This document shows, piece by piece, positions 24,841-28,348 of a stretch of DNA of 28,348 bases. Origin of the DNA: Myxococcota bacterium (GTDB lineage: Bacteria; Myxococcota; JACRCW01). Position numbers and translations under genes: made by a program. A model generated the notes under the pieces. It searched no databases, had not been told where the DNA came from, and saw nothing but the letters and a program-made list of their open reading frames with translations. The stretch lies in assembly GCA_040752415.1 (NCBI GenBank), contig JBFMGU010000138.1, positions 1 through 28,348 on the forward strand, read 5' to 3'. Numbering within the stretch: the first letter of the stretch is position 1; each line of letters starts with the position of its first letter.

Positions 24841-25938
24841 ATGTCCGGCGATATCCGACGGTACATCATGCGTGCACTCCACGAAGGTCTGGATGATCTG
24901 GCAGTCAACGCGTCGCGCTTGCGGCCCGTGCATGAGCTTCGGCTACGCGTGGGCCCGCTGGACGGCGACCCCAACCTGCCGGTGCGTGGCCTCCCCGACG
25001 TGGCGCCGCTCTCCGTGCCGCTGGGCAACCGCAAGGTCCACCTGACGCTGCCCAGTCCCATCCGTGGCCTGGACGCGCCCAATGACGCGCTCCACCTGGA
25101 CGTGGTCCCGCCCAAGGGCGACAGCCGTGGCGTCGTCATCTTCAGTCCGTTCTGGCAGATCCCCAGCCCCTGGGCGCTCACGCGCTACCTCAAGGTGGTC
25201 AAGCCGCTGGGCCTGCACGCCGTCATCTACACGCCCCCCGACCACATGAAGCGCACCCCGCCCGGCTACTTCAGCGGCGAGCGGCTGCTGGGTTGGGACT
25301 TCCCGTACATGCAGCAGATGCTGCGGGTGGCCGCCGGCGAGCTCACCGCGCTGGCCAAGGGCCTCGCCGCGCAGGGGAAGCCGGTCTACCTGGTGGGCCT
25401 CTCGCTGGGCGGCATCTACGCGGCCATGGCGGCCTTGGGCGGCGCGCCGCTCAGTGGCCTGGCGCTCATCACGCCCGCGGCGGATGTGCAGGAGTCCATG
25501 GGGCGCACGCCGATTGGGGAGCGGTACCGCAAGCTGCTGGCGCGCAGCGGCGACAAGGTCCCCTCCGACGAGCTGCTCACCGAGCTGGGCTTCCCCTTCC
25601 GTCCCCGCAGCTTCGAGCGCCCACTGGACGCCGAGCGCATCTTCCTGGCCCACGGCGTCCACGACGCGGTGGTGCCGTTTGGGGTGGCGGAGGCGCTGGC
25701 GGAGTCGTGGCAGGTGCCGCTCCGGGGCTACCCCTGTGGGCACATGAGCCTGCTGTTCCTGGAGCCGGAGGTTCGGTCGGACCTGGGGAAGTTCCTGCAG
25801 ACCCGCCTGGCGCGTGACGCGGCCGCTCCCGTGGCAAGCCCCCAGCCGGCGCCGGAGCCCCGCCTCACCCGTCACGCGCGCCATGCACGCCGCGTGGCCG
25901 AGCTCCTGCTGGCGTCCCAGGGCGGCTCCCAGGCGTAG
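24841..25938 (+). CDS. Alpha/beta-fold hydrolase (~365 aa)
   Basis: Nucleophile elbow GLSLGG, acid HGVHDAVV, His in CGHMS. Start uncertain (24781, 24841 or 24868). Confidence 0.85.
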   Translation: MSGDIRRYIMRALHEGLDDLAVNASRLRPVHELRLRVGPLDGDPNLPVRGLPDVAPLSVPLGNRKVHLTLPSPIRGLDAPNDALHLDVVPPKGDSRGVVIFSPFWQIPSPWALTRYLKVVKPLGLHAVIYTPPDHMKRTPPGYFSGERLLGWDFPYMQQMLRVAAGELTALAKGLAAQGKPVYLVGLSLGGIYAAMAALGGAPLSGLALITPAADVQESMGRTPIGERYRKLLARSGDKVPSDELLTELGFPFRPRSFERPLDAERIFLAHGVHDAVVPFGVAEALAESWQVPLRGYPCGHMSLLFLEPEVRSDLGKFLQTRLARDAAAPVASPQPAPEPRLTRHARHARRVAELLLASQGGSQA

Positions 25939-26014
25939 GCCCGACCCCGCCGGAAAGGGGTGGAAGGCGGATTGCCGCGGCCTTTGGCGTCGCGCTAAAC
26001 CGCTGCCCTACGCC

Positions 26015-28348
26015 ATGACGGACGCTCCCGCCCCCACCGAAGGCTCACTGGCCGATCACGCGTTGTCGGACCTGTTGGCAGGTTATGCCCGGGAACGGCG
26101 CAGCGGGCGGCTGCACATCACCACCAGCGCGGGTGAGGCAGAGCTCCGTCTCACCGACGGCAGCATGTCCGAGGTGCGCTTTGGCCCGGTCCAGGGCGAG
26201 ACAGCGCTGCTGCGGCTGCTGGCCTTCCGGGAGGGCACCTTCCGACTGGAAGCCCAGCCGCTCTCCGCCGGCGGGATGACCAGCACGGAAGTGGCGGGCG
26301 TGATGGCACGCGCGCAGGAGCACCAGGCGGAGGTGGAACGGCATGCCGCGCACCTGGGTGGCCTCAGCGAGCGGCTGCACCTGGATCTCATGGTGCTGGC
26401 GCGGAGGAGCCAGGAGGTGCCGCCGGAGATCGGGCCGGTGCTGCGCGGCGTCGACGGCAAGCGGCGCGTGATGGACATCCTGGCCGCCAGCGAGCTCCCC
26501 GACGTCACCACGCTGCGGGTGCTGCGCAAGCTCAAGAGCATGGGTGTGCTGAGGACGCAGACCGAGCTGGACCGCGAAGCGGAGGAGCGCGCGCGCGAGG
26601 CCGAGCGCCTGAGCCAGCCGCCGCCCAATCCGCAGGACAGCGTGGCGCCCATGAGCTTTGACGAGATCCTGCTGGCGCAGATGGACCAGAACGCCAAGGA
26701 GCGGGAGCAGCTGCTGGCGCTGGCGGTCCCCGAGGCCATGCGCACGCCCGCCGAGGCCCAGCGTCAGGCGGTGGCCGCCGCGGAGGCGTTTGCCGGACCG
26801 GATGCCACGCCGGGGCCGCAGGTGGTGCCAGCCGCGGCGGCTGCTGCGCCCGCGGTGGTCAGCGCGCCCGTCGAGCAGAGTGCGCCCGTGGTCAGCGCGC
26901 CCGTCGAGCAGAGCGCGCCCGTGGTGGTCAGCGCGCCCGTCGAGCAGAGCGCGCCCGCGCTCCCGGTGACACCGCCTCCCGTCGTCTCCACGCCGCCCCC
27001 CGCGGGGCTGCCCCCGCCGATGGCGCGCGCGCCTTCCTTCGCGAGCATCCTGGCGCGCAACTCGTCCACGCCGTCGCTGGAGCCGCCGCCCGCCACGCCG
27101 CCGCCCGTGGCCGCAAGCACGCCGCCGCCGACGAGCGCGCCCGCAGCACCCGCACCCACGACGACGGCGCCGGCCGCCACTCCGGCGATGAGCGCACCGA
27201 CTCCCGCGGCCCCCACCACGGCCACGACGGTGGCGCCGACCACCGCCGCGCCCGCGTCGACGTTGGCGCCGGCGCCGACCGCGTTTGTGGCACCCCCGCC
27301 CGCTGCTCCGACGACACCGGCGGCCCCGGCTGCGACGAGCGCTCCGGTGACAACGCCCCCCGCTCCCGCTGCGCCGGCGACGAACGCGCCCGCTGCTCCG
27401 ACGGGCACTCCCGCCGCCCCCACGACGAGCGCGGCCGCGACACCGGCGACCAGCGCGCCTGCCGCCACGCCGGGGACACCCGCTTCCACGACGAGCGCAC
27501 CCGCTCCCGCGGTTCCCACGACGCTGGAAGCCATCCGCAAGCTGCCCAAGGACGAGAAGCGCCTTGCGCGCCCCACGGCTCAGCCGAGCGCGCCGTCCGT
27601 GGTGCGCTGGACGGACCGGCCGCCTCCGCGACGGACCGCGGTGGATGACACCTTCGGTCGCGAGGAGGACGCTCCGGAGCAGAACCAGGCGGGCTGGGAA
27701 GGCAGCAACGTGGTCACGCCGGTGACCACCCCCATGCTCAAAGAGCCCGAACGCATGGCCGCCATGCCGGGCAATGACAAGCCGCCGCCACTGCAACGCC
27801 CCTCGTCACCGAGCATCCCCACCCCCGCCGCCACGCCGGCCGCCAAGGCCGCGGCCAGCCTGGACCACCCCGACGATGACGCGTTCTTCAGCAAGCGCGT
27901 CAGCACCGCCGAAATGGAGGCGATGGCCGAGAAGTACGAGGAAGAGGCCATTCGTCGCTCCGACGGGGGAGGGCGGCTCATCCTGGGCGTGGCGGGCGGT
28001 CTGATTGCCGCGGTGGCCGTGGTGTTCGTGCTCATGCCGGCCACGCCCGCCGAGGAACCCAAGGAAGTCCCCGCCGAGCCGGCGCCGGCACCCACGTTGA
28101 ACGTGGTGGTCTCCGACTTCGGCGCGAAGGTGCAGACGCCCGAGGAGGCCGTGCGCGAAATCAGTCGTGCTGAGGCGGCCAAGGGCGCTCCCACCACGCC
28201 CGACCCCACTGCGAAAGCGCTCGCCGAGCAGCTCGCCGCCAATCCGCCTCCTCCGGAGCCCGCCGCCAGTCCCGCCCCCGCCGCGGCGCCAACGCCAGCA
28301 CCCGCGGAGCCACCGGCAGCGGCGCCGGTCGTGGAAGTGAAGAAGGAC
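26015..28348 (+). CDS. DUF4388/PATAN-like domain protein with a long Pro/Ala/Thr-rich linker and a TM helix; 3' end lies outside the window
   Basis: Not in the ORF track. Hand translation: MTDAPAPTEGSLADHALSDLLAGYARERRSGRLHIT...GETALLRLLAFREGTFRL; wHTH-like VDGKRRVMDILAASELPDVTTLRVLRKLKSMGVL; TM GGLILGVAGGLIAAVAVVFVLM near 27970-28036. Same frame at the points checked. Confidence 0.85.
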   Translation, partial: MTDAPAPTEGSLADHALSDLLAGYARERRSGRLHITTSAGEAELRLTDGSMSEVRFGPVQGETALLRLLAFREGTFRLEAQPLSAGGMTSTEVAGVMARAQEHQAEVERHAAHLGGLSERLHLDLMVLARRSQEVPPEIGPVLRGVDGKRRVMDILAASELPDVTTLRVLRKLKSMGVLRTQTELDREAEERAREAERLSQPPPNPQDSVAPMSFDEILLAQMDQNAKEREQLLALAVPEAMRTPAEAQRQAVAAAEAFAGPDATPGPQVVPAAAAAAPAVVSAPVEQSAPVVSAPVEQSAPVVVSAPVEQSAPALPVTPPPVVSTPPPAGLPPPMARAPSFASILARNSSTPSLEPPPATPPPVAASTPPPTSAPAAPAPTTTAPAATPAMSAPTPAAPTTATTVAPTTAAPASTLAPAPTAFVAPPPAAPTTPAAPAATSAPVTTPPAPAAPATNAPAAPTGTPAAPTTSAAATPATSAPAATPGTPASTTSAPAPAVPTTLEAIRKLPKDEKRLARPTAQPSAPSVVRWTDRPPPRRTAVDDTFGREEDAPEQNQAGWEGSNVVTPVTTPMLKEPERMAAMPGNDKPPPLQRPSSPSIPTPAATPAAKAAASLDHPDDDAFFSKRVSTAEMEAMAEKYEEEAIRRSDGGGRLILGVAGGLIAAVAVVFVLMPATPAEEPKEVPAEPAPAPTLNVVVSDFGAKVQTPEEAVREISRAEAAKGAPTTPDPTAKALAEQLAANPPPPEPAASPAPAAAPTPAPAEPPAAAPVVEVKKD
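26855..26956 (+). repeat. Coding tandem repeat, 3 x 33 bp (VVSAPVEQSAP)
   Basis: GTGGTCAGCGCGCCCGTCGAGCAGAGYGCGCCC at 26855, 26888 and 26924, with one extra GTG before the third copy. Confidence 0.9.

Overview
High-GC bacterial chromosomal window, most likely from Myxococcota. That assignment is inferred from the PEGA-domain Ser/Thr kinase, an FHA-type sigma54 activator, a MYXO-CTERM-like tail, a DUF4388/PATAN-type protein and Cys-rich lipoproteins. About 22 CDSs; no rRNA, tRNA, CRISPR array or transposase was recognised. Left to right: a pseudokinase and a PEGA kinase; an orphan ParA with an N-terminal Cys4 module; an ABC1/UbiB kinase-like gene coupled to pgeF/yfiH; a 933-aa surface protein whose sequence resembles both barrels of the eukaryotic BPI/LBP (TULIP) lipid-binding fold (most interesting item); a 335-bp inverted pair of 159-bp repeat units whose ends are the stop codons of both flanking genes; an orphan outer-membrane beta-barrel; a tdk-upp-hpt salvage operon with an atypical Upp; three lipoproteins; a SPOR protein; and a co-oriented block of FHA-GAF sigma54 activator, duplicated-hairpin membrane protein, TM-solenoid-kinase, tmk, alpha/beta hydrolase and a DUF4388 protein that runs off the right end. 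The two terminal genes are missing from the supplied ORF track and were translated by hand. All family calls come from motif recognition, not database searches.
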